In this document: positions 62,126 through 64,000 of the stretch, piece by piece
Layout of the letters: the number at the start of each line of letters is the position of its first letter
How positions within the stretch are numbered: the first letter of the stretch is position 1
Origin: Candidatus Yanofskybacteria bacterium RIFCSPLOWO2_01_FULL_42_49
GTDB taxonomy: Bacteria > Patescibacteriota > Minisyncoccia > 2-02-FULL-40-12 > GWA2-44-9
Assembly (NCBI GenBank): GCA_001795615.1
Contig: MGKI01000006.1
Location: 3,636 to 67,635 of the forward strand
DNA length: 64,000 nucleotides
Direction of reading: 5' to 3'
Made by a program: the position numbers and the translations under genes
Notes under the pieces: model-generated
Told to the model about the DNA's origin: nothing
Databases searched by the model: none
What the model saw: only the letters and a program-made list of their open reading frames with translations

Positions 62126-62317
62126 TGAAAATCTCGAAATCCTAATCTCTAAACTCTAAACAAACCCCTGCCTACCGGCAGGCAGGCAAAATTCAAATCT
62201 CAAAACAGCCCTTCAAGCATGTTCGCCAAAGGCGAACAGTTTTGAATTTAGATATTTGATATTGTTTAGGATTTAGGATTTTGAGTTTAGGGTTTGGAGT
62301 ATTAGACGTTATGGTTT
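62126..62317. repeat. Heptamer-periodic inverted element with nested palindromes
   Basis: CCTAATCTCTAAACTCTAAACAAA ... TTGTTTAGGATTTAGG; nested CCTGCCTACCGGCAGGCAGG and TGTTCGCC-AAA-GGCGAACA. Confidence 0.75.
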
Positions 62318-63424
62318 TCAACCATAACGTCTAATACTCTGTAGTATCCCCAATCCTATCATAAGAGAAATCAGATTGCTGCCGCCGTAACTTAAGAACG
62401 GGAAAGAGAGTCCGGTCACCGGAAGCAGTCCTATGTTAACTCCGGCACTGACAAATACATGGGAACCTATAAAAATGGACAGGCCTATGGAAAAAAGTTT
62501 TCCAAAGTTAGAAACAGTCCTTGATCCTACATAAAGAATACGCGACATGATAGTCGTGGCCATTGCCATGACAACGGCTATGCCAACTAGTCCGAATTGT
62601 TCGGCAAAAGCGGCAAAGGCAAAATCATTGTGAGGTTCAGGCAAAAACCCAAGGTTGCTTTGGGAACCCTTTCCAAGTCCGTTGCCAAATATATATCCCG
62701 AACCGATGGCTATTTTTGACTGGATAATATTATAGCCGCTTCCCCTTGGATCATTGTAGGGATTTAGGAAGGAGGTTATCCTTGTTTTTTGATACGGCTG
62801 TAATGCAAAAAGCCATGCTAAATAACCGACTGATATCCCCGCCATTAGAAGCATAAACAGGTGGCGTTTATTTATCCCGGCCGCCAAAAGAACGCCCAGC
62901 CATATTGCTAAAAATATAACGGAAGAGCCCAGATCCGGCTGAAGGAATATTATAGCAAACGGCAAAGAAAAATATATGCCGGCCACAATTATGTGGCGAA
63001 AGTCGTTTATGTGAATATGTCTTTGAGAGAAATATTTCGCCATCAACACAATAAGCATCAGTTTGGCCAGTTCTACCGGTTCAAATGTTAAGTTCCCCAG
63101 AATAATCCAAGAATTCACTCCTCGGACAGATCGAGAATAAAAAGTCAGAAGCAATAAAAATATTGAAAAAAAGTAAAAACCAAGCACCGGCAAAGAATAA
63201 TTTTTCAGATATCGATAATTAAAGAACGAAAAAACGATCATAACCAACACGCCGATGGCGATAAAAACCAGTTGTTTTTTAAAAAGCGGACTATCGGCGC
63301 CGGAAACTCCCCATAAGTTTACAGCCCCTAACAAAGAAATTGCCACCACTGTGGCAAAAAGAGGGAAATCGATTTCCGCAAAATATTCCCTAATAATATT
63401 TCTGAAACCTTTCCTGTGTCCCAT
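62318..63424 (-). CDS. rodA: Rod shape-determining SEDS protein RodA
   Basis: P.E.AK, QPDLGS, YQK.RI..FLNP..DP.GSGY...QS.IAIGSG, FLPE.HNDF, PF.SYGGS. Confidence 0.93.
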   Translation of the reverse strand: MGHRKGFRNIIREYFAEIDFPLFATVVAISLLGAVNLWGVSGADSPLFKKQLVFIAIGVLVMIVFSFFNYRYLKNYSLPVLGFYFFSIFLLLLTFYSRSVRGVNSWIILGNLTFEPVELAKLMLIVLMAKYFSQRHIHINDFRHIIVAGIYFSLPFAIIFLQPDLGSSVIFLAIWLGVLLAAGINKRHLFMLLMAGISVGYLAWLFALQPYQKTRITSFLNPYNDPRGSGYNIIQSKIAIGSGYIFGNGLGKGSQSNLGFLPEPHNDFAFAAFAEQFGLVGIAVVMAMATTIMSRILYVGSRTVSNFGKLFSIGLSIFIGSHVFVSAGVNIGLLPVTGLSFPFLSYGGSNLISLMIGLGILQSIRRYG

Positions 63425-64000
63425 ATCTTTTAATAAAATTTGAGTTTTCAAAAACATTAGTCAAGACCTCAATGTCTTGCCTCGCTATGTTGGCCGGTAG
63501 TTTAACCGGCCAGCTTACTTTGAAATACCTTTCGGTCCTGGAAATAAAAGTTCTGATATCTGTCTTGTCTGCCGCAACGATATTATTATCTTCACCAAAT
63601 AATACAACCCCCACTTCAACTTTATCAAAGTCAAAGTCAGAATTATTCAGTATTATAGCTTCAAACTCGCTGAAAGTTCCGTTCTTGTCTATAACCGCGT
63701 AATTCTTGCTCTGAATGGGAAAACTGATATTTTCAAATTCTTCAACCTTCCCCCACTCCACTTCAGTAATATTAAGAACACCGTCATTCAATACACTATT
63801 ACTCCGTATCCCCGAAACAATAAGATAACGGGTCTGTCCCGGCAACATATAGAAAGTACCTGTTTTGTTAAAAGATGTTCCGTCTTCTGCCGACAAGACT
63901 AGGCTGTACCTGGCCAAAATTGCCCCAAAGAAGGAATTGGGATTGTTTACTCGGGACACAAAGTCATAGTCGCCCGGTTCAATTTCAATAAGTTTCTGGG
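63390..64000 (-). CDS. Hypothetical protein (5' end off window)
   Basis: Open frame extending to the window edge; beta-rich N.N..F / N.SDFDF..V.V.VVL pattern. Confidence 0.7.
   Translation of the reverse strand, partial: QKLIEIEPGDYDFVSRVNNPNSFFGAILARYSLVLSAEDGTSFNKTGTFYMLPGQTRYLIVSGIRSNSVLNDGVLNITEVEWGKVEEFENISFPIQSKNYAVIDKNGTFSEFEAIILNNSDFDFDKVEVGVVLFGEDNNIVAADKTDIRTFISRTERYFKVSWPVKLPANIARQDIEVLTNVFENSNFIKRYGTQERFQKYY

Overview
Bacterial chromosomal window read in genetic code 11. The gene content and style point to a Patescibacteria (CPR, Parcubacteria-like) genome; this is an inference from the Gmad2 protein, PGI/PMI, LemA-HtpX, the Lys-rich RpoD extension and apparently leaderless core genes. 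Core genes include a partial DEAD-box helicase, rpoD, dnaG, pyrG, groES/groEL with CIRCE, uvrC-like, secG, rnj, trpS, ychF, rpsF-ssb-rpsR, recA, ftsK, rpoBC, rodA, tRNA-Ser(GGA) and tRNA-Leu(CAG). Interleaved is an accessory set that looks diderm-derived: an Omp85-like beta-barrel/PD40/metallopeptidase fusion, a GWxTD-like lipoprotein, a SpoIVB/S55 peptidase, a MoxR-DUF58-VWA cluster in mxaRSACKL order, secreted proteases, thiolase+DUF35, purF and cdd. Most of its transcription units carry a shared boxA-like leader motif. The non-coding DNA is unusually rich: (i) a ~710-nt ORF-poor, highly structured region with a perfect TTGACA-17-TATAAT promoter and a terminator (49.9-50.6 kb), plus a second ~270-nt structure; (ii) a covarying structured element present twice and ending at the start codons of groES and ssb; (iii) a ~300-nt structured leader on the DEAD-box helicase; (iv) heptamer-periodic and GC-palindromic repeat families, some inserted in frame in housekeeping proteins. 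No CRISPR array, rRNA or transposase was seen. All product calls rest on motif recognition by eye, not on database searches.
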